This document shows positions 49,255-61,539 of a stretch of DNA of 64,000 bases, piece by piece. The stretch is from a virus (taxonomy: Duplodnaviria; Heunggongvirae; Uroviricota; Caudoviricetes), in the IMG/VR virus record IMGVR_UViG_2718218305_000006; one strand, 5' to 3'. The stretch's first letter is position 1, and every line of letters starts with the position of its first letter. The translations under genes and the position numbers were made by a program. The notes beneath the pieces were generated by a model, which was given only the letters and a program-made list of their open reading frames with translations, ran no database searches and was not told the DNA's origin.

Positions 49255-51907
49255 TCTGGTTATTGATTTGAGTCTGGATGCGGCCCGGTTTGATGAACAG
49301 ATGGCCCGGGTACGCCGTCATTTTTCCAGTCTGGAGGCGGATGCCAGAAAAACCGCCAGTACTGTTGAACAGGGGCTGAGCCGACAGGCGCTGGCGGCAC
49401 AAAAAGCCGGGATATCAGTCGGACAGTATAAGGCTGCCATGCGCACACTGCCCGCACAGTTCACGGATATTGTCACTCAGCTTGCCGGTGGTCAGAATCC
49501 CTTCCTTATCATGCTGCAGCAGGGGGGGCAGATCAGCGATTCATTCGGTGGACCGCTCAGCCTGCTTACCCTGCTGAAGGAGGAACTTCTCGGGATCAGG
49601 GATGCCTCTGAATCATCAGAGGAGTCGCTGTCAGATACGGCAAATGCACTGGCTGAAAATGCCCGGAATGCCGGTGAGCTGGGACGATTTATGTCGGTGG
49701 CCCGTGTGGCGGCAGGTGGCGGGGTTGCCGTACTGGCCGCGCTTGCTGCCGCCGCCTGGCAGGCAGAGCAGGCTGACCGGGCCTTATTGCGTTCACTGAT
49801 CCTGACCGGAGGGGCGGCTGCCACCACAACGGCAGAATTGTGGAAAATGGCCGGGGTGATCAGCGATGAAGCCGGTGGTGGTATCAGACAGGCGGCAGAA
49901 AATCTGGCCCGTCTGGCAGAAAGCGGGAAATATACCGCCGGGCAGCTACGGATCATGGGGGAAACCTCTCAGAGATGGCTGCAGACGGTGGGGGACGATG
50001 CCGGGAAGGTGGAAAAAGCCTTTGAAGGGATTGCAGCAGATCCGGTGAAGGCGCTGGCCTCCCTGAATCAGCAGTATAACTTCCTGAGCGTTTCCCAGTT
50101 ACGCCATATTGATGAGCTTGAGCGCACGAAAGGTAAACAGGTTGCGGTGACGGAGGCGATGTCCCTGTTTGCGGATGTCATGAATGCACGTCTGGAGCAA
50201 CTTGATAAAGCGGCCACGCCGGTGGAAAAAATCTGGGACGATGTTAAAACCTGGACTTCTGACGCATGGGCATGGATAGGTGATCATACACTGGGGGCAC
50301 TCAGTCTGATCACTGACGTGGTGGCCGGAACCGTTGAACAAGTGAAGCTGCTGCTTGTGCAGGGGGATCTGGCGCTGGCTGAATTTATTCAGTCAGCCTG
50401 GGAAACGACAAAGAATGTGCCCGGCGTTGGTGCGTTGTTTGGTGAACTGGCAGAAGAGAACCGCGTATTTATTGAGAAAACAAAACGCGATGAACTGGCG
50501 CTGAGAAAATCCATTGCGGAACGGGATGCGCGTATACGCCAGGGGGAAATGGGGTACATCAACCGCTCGCGTGCAACAGGCGTCAGCAAAGGTCCGGGGC
50601 AGCAGGAAGCCGTCAGCCGTCTGGCTGAAGAGCTGACAGGTAAAAAGCATACATCACCGAAAACGCGCTCTGCCGGGGAGAGGGAAGAGGAGCAGGCAAG
50701 AGAGGCTCTGCTTGCCCTTGAAGCTGAGCTCAGGACGCTGGAAAAACACAGCGGTGCGAATGAGAAAATCAGCCGGCAGCGCCGTGATTTATGGAAGGCG
50801 GAAAGTCAGTATGCGGTCCTGAAAGAGGCTGCCACGAAACGACAGTTATCTGAGCAGGAAAAATCCCTGCTGGCGCATAAAGACGAGACGCTGGAGTACA
50901 AACGCCAGCTGGCTGAGCTGGGCGACAAGGTTGAATACCAGAAACGCCTGAATGAGCTGGCACAGCAGGCGGTGCGGTTTGAAGAGCAGCAGAGCGCGAA
51001 GCAGGCCGCCATCAGCGCAAAAGCCCGCGGTCTCACTGACCGTCAGGCGCAGCGGGAGTCTGAAGCGCAGCGTCTTCGGGACGTGTACGGTGATAATCCG
51101 GCTGCGCTGGCGAAGGCCACATCGGCACTGAAGAACACCAGGTCTGCGGAGGAGCAGCTTCGTGGAAGCTGGATGGCCGGGCTGAAGTCCGGCTGGGGCG
51201 AGTGGGCGGAAAGTGCGACGGACAGTTTTTCGCAGGTTAAAAGTGCTGCCACGCAGACCTTTGACGGTATTGCACAGAATATGGCGGCGATGCTGACCGG
51301 TGCAGAGGCAGACTGGCGGGGATTCACCCGTTCGGTGCTGTCCATGATGACAGAAATCCTGCTTAAACAGGCCATGGTGGGCATTGTCGGGCGTATCGGC
51401 AGCGCCATTGGCGGTGCTTTCGGTGGTGGTGCATCTGCTTCCTCGGGGACGGCCATTCAGGCTGCGGCGGCGAACTTCCATTTTGCGACCGGCGGATTTA
51501 CGGGAACCGGCGGCAAATATGAGCCTGCGGGGATAGTTCACCGCGGGGAGTTTGTTTTCACGAAAGAGGCAACCAGCCGGATAGGTGTGGGGAATCTTTA
51601 CCGTCTGATGCGTGGCTATGCGGAAGGGGGGTATGTGGGTGGTGCCGGAAGTCCGGCGCAGATGCGGCGGGCGGAAGGTATTAATTTTAATCAGAACAAT
51701 CACGTGGTGATTCAGAACGACGGCACCAACGGACAGGCGGGGCCGCAGCTGATGAAGGCGGTGTATGACATGGCCCGCAAGGGGGCGCAGGATGAGATTC
51801 AGGCGCAGTTGCGTGATGCGGTATGTTATCGGGGAGCGGGCGATGAAAACATTTCGCTGGAAAGTGAAGCCGGATATGGAGGTGAACTCGCAGCCGTCGG
51901 TGCGTGA
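49235..51907 (+). CDS. H: Tail tape measure protein H (lambda-like N-terminus; 3' end frameshifted relative to copy 1)
   Basis: Starts MSQPAGDLVIDLSLDAARFDEQMARVRRHF (lambda-like); single-base difference near 51818 changes the last 11 codons and extends the ORF 65 nt into M. Confidence 0.85.
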   Translation: MSQPAGDLVIDLSLDAARFDEQMARVRRHFSSLEADARKTASTVEQGLSRQALAAQKAGISVGQYKAAMRTLPAQFTDIVTQLAGGQNPFLIMLQQGGQISDSFGGPLSLLTLLKEELLGIRDASESSEESLSDTANALAENARNAGELGRFMSVARVAAGGGVAVLAALAAAAWQAEQADRALLRSLILTGGAAATTTAELWKMAGVISDEAGGGIRQAAENLARLAESGKYTAGQLRIMGETSQRWLQTVGDDAGKVEKAFEGIAADPVKALASLNQQYNFLSVSQLRHIDELERTKGKQVAVTEAMSLFADVMNARLEQLDKAATPVEKIWDDVKTWTSDAWAWIGDHTLGALSLITDVVAGTVEQVKLLLVQGDLALAEFIQSAWETTKNVPGVGALFGELAEENRVFIEKTKRDELALRKSIAERDARIRQGEMGYINRSRATGVSKGPGQQEAVSRLAEELTGKKHTSPKTRSAGEREEEQAREALLALEAELRTLEKHSGANEKISRQRRDLWKAESQYAVLKEAATKRQLSEQEKSLLAHKDETLEYKRQLAELGDKVEYQKRLNELAQQAVRFEEQQSAKQAAISAKARGLTDRQAQRESEAQRLRDVYGDNPAALAKATSALKNTRSAEEQLRGSWMAGLKSGWGEWAESATDSFSQVKSAATQTFDGIAQNMAAMLTGAEADWRGFTRSVLSMMTEILLKQAMVGIVGRIGSAIGGAFGGGASASSGTAIQAAAANFHFATGGFTGTGGKYEPAGIVHRGEFVFTKEATSRIGVGNLYRLMRGYAEGGYVGGAGSPAQMRRAEGINFNQNNHVVIQNDGTNGQAGPQLMKAVYDMARKGAQDEIQAQLRDAVCYRGAGDENISLESEAGYGGELAAVGA

Positions 51908-52172
51908 AGTGCGTTTTGGTGACGGGTACTCACAGCGTATGGCGGCAGGGCTGAATGCTGACCTGAAAACATACCGTGTGACGCTTTCCGTGACCCGGGA
52001 GGAGGCCCGGCATCTGGAAGCGTTCCTGGCAGAGCACGGAGGCTGGAAGGCATTTTTGTGGAAGCCACCCTATGCATACCGGCAGATAAAGGTGACCTGT
52101 GCCGCCTGGTCATCACGGGTTCGCATGCTGCGGGTTGAATTCAGTGCCGAGTTTAAGCAGGTGGTGAACTGA
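51843..52172 (+). CDS. M: Minor tail protein M
   Basis: ATG at 51843 (MKTFRWK..); track ORF 51765 is an upstream extension. Confidence 0.9.
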   Translation: MKTFRWKVKPDMEVNSQPSVREVRFGDGYSQRMAAGLNADLKTYRVTLSVTREEARHLEAFLAEHGGWKAFLWKPPYAYRQIKVTCAAWSSRVRMLRVEFSAEFKQVVN

Positions 52173-52870
52173 TGCAGGATATTCACGAAGAAAGCCTGAA
52201 CGAGTCGGTTAAATCAGAGCAGTCACCGCGGGTGGTGCTCTGGGAAATTGACCTGACGGTGCAGGGCGGTGAGCGGTATTTTTTCTGTAATGAGCTGAAT
52301 GAAAAAGGGGAGGCGGTCACCTGGCAGGGGCGGCAATATCAGGTATACCCGATTGACGGCAGCGGTTTTGAGATGAACGGGAAGGGCAGCAGTGCCAGAC
52401 CGTCGCTGACAGTGTCCAATCTTTTCGGCCTTGTCACCGGGATGGCGGAGGATTTGCAGAGCCTGGTGGGTGCCACGGTGGTCCGCCGCCGGGTGTATGC
52501 GCGTTTTCTGGATGCGGTGAATTTTGTGGCAGGCAATCCTGAGGCAGACCCGGAGCAGGAGCTGACGGACCGGTGGGTGGTGGAGCAGATGTCATCGCTG
52601 ACGGCCATGACGGCCTCGTTTGTGCTGGCGACACCGACGGAGACGGACGGAGCGCTGTTTCCCGGTCGCATCATGCTGGCGAACACCTGTATGTGGGATT
52701 ACCGGGGAGATGAATGCGGGTATAACGGTCCTGCGGTGGCGGATGAGTTCGATAAACCCACCACGGATATCCGGAAGGACAGATGCAGTAAATGCATGCG
52801 CGGGTGTGAGATGCGCGGCATGGTGGCTAATTTTGGCGGTTTCCTTTCCATTAACAAACTTTCGCAGTAA
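52172..52870 (+). CDS. L: Minor tail protein L
   Basis: 232 aa, near-identical to copy at 8216. Confidence 0.9.
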   Translation: MQDIHEESLNESVKSEQSPRVVLWEIDLTVQGGERYFFCNELNEKGEAVTWQGRQYQVYPIDGSGFEMNGKGSSARPSLTVSNLFGLVTGMAEDLQSLVGATVVRRRVYARFLDAVNFVAGNPEADPEQELTDRWVVEQMSSLTAMTASFVLATPTETDGALFPGRIMLANTCMWDYRGDECGYNGPAVADEFDKPTTDIRKDRCSKCMRGCEMRGMVANFGGFLSINKLSQ

Positions 52871-52875
52871 ATCCA

Positions 52876-53619
52876 ATGACACAGACAGAATCAGCGATTC
52901 TGGCGCATGCCCGGCGGTGTGCGCCTGCGGAGTCGTGCGGCTTCGTGGTGAGAACGCCGGAGGGGGAGCGGTATATCCCTTGTGTGAATATCTCTGCAGA
53001 GCCGGAGGCGTATTTTCGTATTGCACCGGAAGACTGGCTGTGGGCAGAGATGCAGGGGGAGATTGTGGCACTGGTCCACAGTCATCCCGGTGGTCTGCCC
53101 TGGCTGAGCGAGGCGGACCGGCGGCTGCAGATAAAGAGTGCCCTGCCCTGGTGGCTGGTCTGCCGGGGGGAAATTCACAAATTCCGCTGTGTGCCGCACC
53201 TGACCGGGCGTCGTTTTGAGCACGGGGTGACGGACTGTTACACCCTGTTCCGGGATGCATACCATCTGGCGGGGATAACGCTGCCGGATTTTGTGCGTGA
53301 GGATGACTGGTGGCGCAACGGTCAGAACCTTTACCTGGACAATATGGCGGTCACCGGCTTTTACCGGGTGCCCCTGTCCTCTGCACAGGCGGGCGATATC
53401 CTGCTGTGCTGCTTTGGCGCATCGGTGGCCAATCATGCCGCCATTTACTGCGGCAACGGTGAACTGCTTCACCATCTGCCTGAACAACTGAGTAAACGGG
53501 AGAGGTATTCTGAAAAATGGCAACGACGAACGCATTCTGTCTGGCGTCACCGCCACTGGCACGCATCTGCCTTCACGGGGATTTGCAACGATTTGGCCGC
53601 CGCCTCAGCCTGTACGTGA
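52876..53619 (+). CDS. K: Tail assembly protein K
   Basis: 247 aa. Confidence 0.9.
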   Translation: MTQTESAILAHARRCAPAESCGFVVRTPEGERYIPCVNISAEPEAYFRIAPEDWLWAEMQGEIVALVHSHPGGLPWLSEADRRLQIKSALPWWLVCRGEIHKFRCVPHLTGRRFEHGVTDCYTLFRDAYHLAGITLPDFVREDDWWRNGQNLYLDNMAVTGFYRVPLSSAQAGDILLCCFGASVANHAAIYCGNGELLHHLPEQLSKRERYSEKWQRRTHSVWRHRHWHASAFTGICNDLAAASACT

Positions 53620-54194
53620 ACACGGCAGCGGAAGCCATCCGTGCCCTGTCGCTGCAGATGCCGGGATTCCGCCGTCAGATGAACGAAGGCTGGTACCAGA
53701 TACGTATTCGCGGTGAGGACACGGCACCGGAGGCGGTGTACGCCCGTCTTCACGAACCTCTGGGTGAGGGGGCGGTCATCCATATTGTGCCGCGACTGGC
53801 CGGAGCCGGAAAGGGCGGACTGCAGATTGTGCTGGGGGCGGCAGCCATCGTGGGCTCTTTCTTCACCGCCGGCGCAACGATGGCGTTGTGGGGCGCAGCC
53901 CTGAGTGCCGGAGGGCTGACTGCCACCACGATGCTGTTCTCACTGGGTGCCAGCATGATACTGGGCGGTGTGGCCCAGATGCTGGCACCGAAGGCAAAAA
54001 CACCGGAGTACAGGGCGACGGATAACGGTAAACAGAACACGTATTTTTCGTCACTGGATAACATGATTGCCCAGGGGAACCCGATGCCGGTGCCTTATGG
54101 TGAAATGCTGGTTGGTTCACGACGGATATCCCAGGACATCAGCACCCGTGATGAGGGCGGAGACGGGAAAGTGGTGGTTATCGGGCGGGGATGA
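53517..54194 (+). CDS. I: Tail assembly protein I
   Basis: 225 aa. Confidence 0.85.
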   Translation: MATTNAFCLASPPLARICLHGDLQRFGRRLSLYVNTAAEAIRALSLQMPGFRRQMNEGWYQIRIRGEDTAPEAVYARLHEPLGEGAVIHIVPRLAGAGKGGLQIVLGAAAIVGSFFTAGATMALWGAALSAGGLTATTMLFSLGASMILGGVAQMLAPKAKTPEYRATDNGKQNTYFSSLDNMIAQGNPMPVPYGEMLVGSRRISQDISTRDEGGDGKVVVIGRG

Positions 54195-54434
54195 AAATAA
54201 AAAAATCCCGCAGAGTTAGCGGAGCTGCGGGAGAGAACGATGAAGATTAACGTTATGGAGTTATTTTTCAGGCATCAAAAAAGTAATGCAGCGTCATTAT
54301 TGCGGCTACAGGCAATTGCCGGAAATGTGAAGAGTTTCAGAAATTTTATTCCGTCATGACACAGGCACCCTCCGGGGTGCCTGTTGTTTTCTGGCATAAA
54401 CAGATTCAGACATCAGACAGGAGAGGGGGACAGA

Positions 54435-57400
54435 GTGGGTAAAGGGGGCGGCAAGGGGCACACGCCGGTAGAGGCAAAGGACAATCTTAAGTCCACGCAG
54501 ATGATGAGCGTGATTGATGCCATTGGTGAAGGGCCGATTGAAGGTCCGGTGAAGGGGCTGCAGAGTATCCTGGTGAACAAAACCCCGCTGACGGACACGG
54601 ACGGTAATCCTGTGATACATGGTGTGACAGCGGTCTGGCGCGCCGGGGAGCAGGAGCAGACACCACCTGAAGGCTTTGAGTCCTCCGGGGCGGAAACCGC
54701 ACTGGGCGTGGAAGTGACGAAGGCAAAGCCGGTGACGCGCACCATTACGTCCGCGAACATTGACCGCCTGCGGGTCACCTTCGGGGTGCAGTCACTGTTG
54801 GAGACCACCTCAAAGGGCGACCGTAATCACTCTTCTGTCCGACTGCTGATTCAGTTGCAGCGTAACGGTAACTGGGTGACGGAAAAGGATGTCACCATTA
54901 ACGGCAAGACCACCTCGCAGTTTCTGGCGTCGGTGATTCTGGATAATCTGCCTGAGCGGCCCTTTAACATCCGGATGGTCCGGGAGACAGCGGACAGCAC
55001 CCCGGACCAGCTGCAGAATAAGACGCTCTGGTCGTCATACACCGAAATCATCGATGTGAAACAGTGCTACCCGAACACGGCGATTGTGGGGCTGCAGGTG
55101 GATGCGGAGCAGTTTGGCGGTCAGCAGATGACGGTGAACTACCATATCCGCGGTCGCATCATCCAGGTACCGTCAAACTATGACCCGGAAAAACGCACGT
55201 ACAGCGGCATCTGGGACGGCAGCCTGAAACCGGCATACAGCAACAACCCTGCCTGGTGCCTGTGGGACATGCTGACCCACCCGCGCTACGGAATGGGAAA
55301 ACGCCTGGGGGCGGCGGATGTGGACAAGTGGGCGCTGTATGCCATTGCGCAGTACTGCGACCAGACGGTCCCGGATGGTTTCGGGGGCACAGAGCCGCGG
55401 ATGACTTTCAATGCGTACCTGTCACAACAGCGTAAGGCGTGGGACGTTCTCAGTGATTTCTGCTCGGCGATGCGCTGTATGCCGGTATGGAACGGGCAGA
55501 CGCTGACGTTTGTGCAGGACCGTCCGTCAGATGTGGTGTGGCCCTACACCAGCAGTGATGTGGTGGTGGATGATAACGGCGTGGGGTTTCGCTACAGCTT
55601 CAGCGCCCTGAAGGACCGCCACACGGCGGTGGAGGTGAATTACACCGACCCGCAGAACGGCTGGCAGACCTCCACGGAACTGGTGGAAGACCCGGAAGCC
55701 ATACTGCGCTACGGACGCAACCTGCTGAAGATGGATGCGTTCGGCTGCACCAGTCGCGGTCAGGCCCACCGTGCCGGGCTGTGGGTGATAAAGACCGGAC
55801 TGCTGGAAACGCAGACGGTGGATTTCACGCTCGGGTCACAGGGGCTGCGTCACACACCCGGTGACATTATTGAAATCTGTGATAACGACTATGCCGGGAC
55901 CATGACCGGCGGACGTATCCTGTCCATCGATGCCGCCAGCCGCACCCTGACACTGGACCGTGAGGTGACCCTGCCGGAGACCGGTGCCGCCACGGTGAAC
56001 CTGATTAACGGCAGCGGTAAGCCGGTGAGCGTGGCCATCACTGCACACCCCGCGCCGGACCGGATACAGGTCAGCACCCTGCCTGATGGCGTGGAGACAT
56101 ACGGTGTGTGGGGGCTCTCCCTGCCGTCACTGCGCCGTCGCCTGTTCCGCTGTGTCTCCGTCCGGGAAAACACGGACGGCACCTTTGCCATCACGGCGGT
56201 GCAGCACGTACCGGAAAAAGAAGCCATCGTGGATAACGGGGCGCACTTTGACGGCGACCAGAGCGGCACCCTGAACAGCGTCATCCCTCCGGCAGTGCAG
56301 CACCTGACGGTGGAGGTGAGTGCAGCTGACAGCCAGTATCTGGCGCAGGCGAAATGGGACACGCCGCGGGTGGTGAAGGGCGTGCGCTTCAGTCTGCGCC
56401 TGACCAGTGGAAGCGGTCAGGACAGCCGTCTGGTGACCACCGCCATCACTGCGGATACAGAGCATCGTTTCAGTGGTCTGCCGCTCGGGGAATACACCCT
56501 GACAGTCAGGGCAATTAACAGTTATGGCCAGCAGGGGGAACCGGCCATCACCACCTTCCGGATTAACGCGCCAGCAAAACCCGCCACCATTGAACTGACG
56601 CCGGGCTATTTTCAGATAACAGCGGTCCCGCGTCTTGCGGTGTATGACCCGACGGTACAGTTTGAGTTCTGGTTTTCGGAGACAAAAATCGCAGATACAT
56701 CTCAGGTGGAAACCTCTGCCCGTTATCTGGGGACCGGCAGTCAGTGGAGTGTATCCGGCCCGCACATTAAGCCCGGGAAGGATTTCTGGTTTTACGTGCG
56801 CAGCGTCAACCTGGTGGGGAAATCTGCTTTTGTGGAAGCCAGTGGCCGGGCCAGCAATGATGCAGAAGGGTATCTGGGGCTGTTTCGGGAAAAAATAGGA
56901 AAACTGCATCTGGCTCAGGGGCTGTGGGAGCTGATAGACAACAGCCAGCTTGCGGATGAGATGGCGGAGATGAAGACCTCCATCACCGAAACCCGCAATG
57001 AAATCACACAGACGGTCAGTAAAACGCTGGAGGATCAGAGCGCCACCATACAGCAGATACAGCGCGTGCAGAAGGACACAAATGATGACCTTGCTGCACT
57101 TTACATGCTGAAGGTACAGAAAACAAAAAATGGCATACCCTATGTTGCCGGTATTGGAGCGGGGATTGAGGATACTGATGGCCAGCCCCTGAGCAACATA
57201 CTGCTGCTGGCTGACCGTATCGCGATGATAAATCCGGAGAGCGGCAACAGCACGCCGTTATTTGTGGCGCAGGGGAATCAGCTGTTCATGAACGACGTGT
57301 TCCTGAAGCGACTGTTTGCGGTGAGTATCACGTCATCCGGCAACCCCCCGACGTTTTCCCTGACGCCGGAGGGCAGGCTGACCGCAAGAAATGCTGATAT

Positions 57401-57914
57401 CAGCGGTAACGTGAATGCGAATTCCGGGACGCTCAACAACGTCACGATTAATGAGAACTGTCAGATTAAGGGGAAACTGTCAGCCAACCAGATTGAAGGT
57501 GATATTGTCAAAACGGTCAGCAAGTCTTTCCCCCGCACGAACAGTTATGCCAGTGGCACCATCACGGTAAGAATCAGTGATGATCAGAAATTTGACCGGC
57601 AGGTCATGATACCGCCAGTGTTATTCCGCGGTGGTAAGCATGAGAATTTCAACAGTAATAACCAACAGTCATACTGGTATTCAACCTGCCGGTTAAGAGT
57701 GACCCGCAATGGTCAGGAGATTTTTAATCAGTCCACGACGGATGCTCAGGGCGTATTTTCCTCAGTTATAGATATGCCTGCCGGACAGGGGACGCTGACA
57801 CTGACATTCACCGTATCTTCATCAGGAGCGAATAACTGGACACCAACAACCAGTATCAGCGATCTGCTGGTTGTGGTGATGAAAAAATCCACAGCAGGTA
57901 TCAGTATCAGCTGA
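54435..57914 (+). CDS. J: Host specificity protein J
   Basis: GTG start homologous to copy 1; 1159 aa; small indel versus copy 1 (HFDGDQSGT vs SFEPQSGT). Confidence 0.9.
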   Translation: MGKGGGKGHTPVEAKDNLKSTQMMSVIDAIGEGPIEGPVKGLQSILVNKTPLTDTDGNPVIHGVTAVWRAGEQEQTPPEGFESSGAETALGVEVTKAKPVTRTITSANIDRLRVTFGVQSLLETTSKGDRNHSSVRLLIQLQRNGNWVTEKDVTINGKTTSQFLASVILDNLPERPFNIRMVRETADSTPDQLQNKTLWSSYTEIIDVKQCYPNTAIVGLQVDAEQFGGQQMTVNYHIRGRIIQVPSNYDPEKRTYSGIWDGSLKPAYSNNPAWCLWDMLTHPRYGMGKRLGAADVDKWALYAIAQYCDQTVPDGFGGTEPRMTFNAYLSQQRKAWDVLSDFCSAMRCMPVWNGQTLTFVQDRPSDVVWPYTSSDVVVDDNGVGFRYSFSALKDRHTAVEVNYTDPQNGWQTSTELVEDPEAILRYGRNLLKMDAFGCTSRGQAHRAGLWVIKTGLLETQTVDFTLGSQGLRHTPGDIIEICDNDYAGTMTGGRILSIDAASRTLTLDREVTLPETGAATVNLINGSGKPVSVAITAHPAPDRIQVSTLPDGVETYGVWGLSLPSLRRRLFRCVSVRENTDGTFAITAVQHVPEKEAIVDNGAHFDGDQSGTLNSVIPPAVQHLTVEVSAADSQYLAQAKWDTPRVVKGVRFSLRLTSGSGQDSRLVTTAITADTEHRFSGLPLGEYTLTVRAINSYGQQGEPAITTFRINAPAKPATIELTPGYFQITAVPRLAVYDPTVQFEFWFSETKIADTSQVETSARYLGTGSQWSVSGPHIKPGKDFWFYVRSVNLVGKSAFVEASGRASNDAEGYLGLFREKIGKLHLAQGLWELIDNSQLADEMAEMKTSITETRNEITQTVSKTLEDQSATIQQIQRVQKDTNDDLAALYMLKVQKTKNGIPYVAGIGAGIEDTDGQPLSNILLLADRIAMINPESGNSTPLFVAQGNQLFMNDVFLKRLFAVSITSSGNPPTFSLTPEGRLTARNADISGNVNANSGTLNNVTINENCQIKGKLSANQIEGDIVKTVSKSFPRTNSYASGTITVRISDDQKFDRQVMIPPVLFRGGKHENFNSNNQQSYWYSTCRLRVTRNGQEIFNQSTTDAQGVFSSVIDMPAGQGTLTLTFTVSSSGANNWTPTTSISDLLVVVMKKSTAGISIS

Positions 57915-57932
57915 ATTTTATAACCCAGAACG

Positions 57933-57956
57933 GGCGTCAGAAATGACGCCTTTTTT
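57933..57956 (+). terminator. Rho-independent terminator after J (copy 2)
   Basis: Same hairpin as 13979-14002. Confidence 0.55.
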
Positions 57957-57980
57957 ATTGCAGAAAAGCGAGAGGTAATT

Positions 57981-58580
57981 ATGCGTAAACTTTATGCCGC
58001 CATTTTGTCCGCAGCCATTTGTCTGGCCGTATCCGGTGCGCCTGCATGGGCGTCTGAACATCAGTCCACGCTGAGCGCGGGGTATCTTCATGCCCGGACG
58101 AGCGCTCCCGGTAGCGATAATCTTAACGGGATTAACGTGAAATACCGTTATGAGTTTACGGACACACTGGGGATGGTGACGTCATTCAGCTATGCAGGAG
58201 ACAGGAATCGCCAGCTTACCCGTTACAGCGATACCCGCTGGCATGAAGATTCCGTGCGTAACCGCTGGTTCAGCGTGATGGCGGGGCCCTCTGTGCGCGT
58301 GAATGAATGGTTCAGCGCGTATGCGATGGCGGGTGTGGCTTACAGCCGTGTGTCGACTTTCTCCGGGGATTATCTCCGCGTAACTGACAACAAGGGGAAA
58401 ACGCATGATGTGCTGACCGGAAGTGATGACGGTCGCCACAGCAACACGTCTCTGGCGTGGGGAGCTGGCGTGCAGTTTAACCCGACCGAATCCGTGGCCA
58501 TTGATATTGCTTATGAAGGCTCCGGCAGTGGCGACTGGCGCACTGACGGCTTCATCGTGGGTGTCGGCTATAAATTCTGA
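57981..58580 (+). CDS. lom: Lom outer-membrane protein
   Basis: 199 aa, few substitutions versus copy 1. Confidence 0.9.
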   Translation: MRKLYAAILSAAICLAVSGAPAWASEHQSTLSAGYLHARTSAPGSDNLNGINVKYRYEFTDTLGMVTSFSYAGDRNRQLTRYSDTRWHEDSVRNRWFSVMAGPSVRVNEWFSAYAMAGVAYSRVSTFSGDYLRVTDNKGKTHDVLTGSDDGRHSNTSLAWGAGVQFNPTESVAIDIAYEGSGSGDWRTDGFIVGVGYKF

Positions 58581-58605
58581 TTAGCCAGGTAACACAGTGT
58601 TATGA

Positions 58606-59796
<1,191 letters not shown>

Positions 59797-59797
59797 C

Positions 59798-60067
59798 ATG
59801 AATATACTAAAAAAACTTATGCAGCGTCTGTGTGGTTGCGGAAAGCATGATGACCGTGAACACGGGGAGTTACTTACAGCACAGCTGCGACTGGGGCCGG
59901 CAGACATCCTGGAGTCAGATGAGAATGGTATTATCCCGGAGCAGGACAGGGTAATCACGCAGGTGGTGATACTGGATGCGGATAAAAAGCAGATACAGTG
60001 TGTGGTAAGACCGCTGCAAATCCTGCGTGCTGACGGGACGTGGGAAAATATTGGCGGGATGAAATAG
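59798..60067 (+). CDS. Small tail-fibre-associated protein (unknown function)
   Basis: Paralogue of 16006-16275. Confidence 0.5.
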   Translation: MNILKKLMQRLCGCGKHDDREHGELLTAQLRLGPADILESDENGIIPEQDRVITQVVILDADKKQIQCVVRPLQILRADGTWENIGGMK

Positions 60068-60084
60068 CCGACAGCTTCACAAAA

Positions 60085-60108
60085 ACCGGAGTCCGGCTCC
60101 GGTTTTTT
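60085..60108 (+). terminator. Rho-independent terminator at end of tail operon (copy 2)
   Basis: ACCGGAG-tccgg-CTCCGGT hairpin followed by T6. Confidence 0.55.
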
Positions 60109-60180
60109 GTTGTCACGTATGGGGGATGTTTGTTACAGCTATTTAAGTCTGGAGTTCAAATTAAAATAGGGAGCTTTGTT

Positions 60181-60756
60181 ATGCCATTAACCTCAGATAT
60201 TAGATCACATTCATTTAATCTTGGGGTGGAGGTTGTTCGTGCCCGAATTGTAGCCAATGGGCGCGGAGATATTACAGTCGGTGGTGAAACTGTCAGTATT
60301 GTGTATGATTCTACTAATGGGCGCTTTTCATCCAGTGGCGGTAATGGCGGATTGCTTTCTGAGTTATTGCTTTTGGGATTTAATAGTGGTCCTCGAGCCC
60401 TTGGTGAGAGAATGCTAAGTATGCTTTCGGACTCAGGTGAAGCACAATCGCAAGAGAGTATTCAGAACAAAATATCTCAATGTAAGTTTTCTGTTTGTCC
60501 AGAGAGACTTCAGTGCCCGCTTGAGGCTATTCAGTGTCCAATTACACTGGAGCAGCCTGAAAAAGGTATTTTTGTGAAGAATTCAGATGGTTCAGATGTA
60601 TGTACTTTATTTGATGCCGCTGCATTTTCTCGTTTGGTTGGTGAAGGCTTACCCCACCCACTGACCCGGGAACCAATAACGGCATCAATAATTGTAAAAC
60701 ATGAAGAATGCATTTATGACGATACCAGAGGAAACTTCATTATAAAGGGTAATTGA
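60181..60756 (+). CDS. nleG: NleG-family type III secretion effector (U-box E3 ubiquitin ligase type)
   Basis: 191 aa from ATG 60181 with AGGGAG SD; C-terminal ..CPITLEQPEKGIFVKNSDGSDVCTLFDAAAFSRLVGEGLPHPLTREPITASIIVKHEEC.. NleG U-box signature; AT-rich coding sequence. Confidence 0.8.
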   Translation: MPLTSDIRSHSFNLGVEVVRARIVANGRGDITVGGETVSIVYDSTNGRFSSSGGNGGLLSELLLLGFNSGPRALGERMLSMLSDSGEAQSQESIQNKISQCKFSVCPERLQCPLEAIQCPITLEQPEKGIFVKNSDGSDVCTLFDAAAFSRLVGEGLPHPLTREPITASIIVKHEECIYDDTRGNFIIKGN

Positions 60757-60828
60757 AATGAACATTACCATTTATTTTATTTAATGAAACATCCTGCAAA
60801 CTGATATGAATTACTGAATGAGGTTTTT

Positions 60829-61458
60829 ATGCCTGTTACCACCTTAAGTATCCCAAGTATATCTCAATTATCTCCTGCAAGAGTACAGTCTTTGCAGGAT
60901 GCAGCCAGACTTGAAAGTGGAATAAGAATATCCATTGGTAGTGGCCAATATTCTGTTCACTATGTCCAACTACTGGATGGATTTTCAGTTGAACCGGTGA
61001 GAGGAGGCTTACTGGATAGGCTATTGGGGCGTGAGCATCGAATGGATAGAAGGGCTGTGGCTCTGGAAAGGCAATTAAATGGAGGTGTCGATTTTTTAAG
61101 TAGTGTTAATAACTATTTTCAGAGTGTCATGGCAGAACACAGAGAAAATAAAACAGGTAATAAAATATTAATGGAAAAAATAAATTCTTGTGTATTTGGA
61201 ACGGATTCTAATCACTTTTCTTGCCCGGAGTCATTTTTGACATGCCCGATAACGCTGGACACACCTGAGACTGGAGTGTTCATGAGAAACTCACGAGGTG
61301 CTGAGATATGCTCTCTATATGATAAGGATGCGTTAGTGCAACTTGTTGAAACTGGTGGAACTCATCCTCTGAGTCGAGAACCTATAACAGAATCAATGAT
61401 TATGAGAAAAGACGAATGTCACTTTGATGCAAAAAGAGAAGCTTTTTGTTGTAAGTGA
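60829..61458 (+). CDS. nleG: NleG-family type III secretion effector
   Basis: 209 aa; C-terminal ..CPITLDTPETGVFMRNSRGAEICSLYDKDALVQLVETGGTHPLSREPITESMI.. NleG signature. Confidence 0.8.
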   Translation: MPVTTLSIPSISQLSPARVQSLQDAARLESGIRISIGSGQYSVHYVQLLDGFSVEPVRGGLLDRLLGREHRMDRRAVALERQLNGGVDFLSSVNNYFQSVMAEHRENKTGNKILMEKINSCVFGTDSNHFSCPESFLTCPITLDTPETGVFMRNSRGAEICSLYDKDALVQLVETGGTHPLSREPITESMIMRKDECHFDAKREAFCCK

Positions 61459-61539
61459 TAATTAATGCTATAAATATAGTTTTGTGTATTTTTATTTTTT
61501 ACTAAAGCAAAATTAAATTATTAAAATGGAGGGAGAGGA

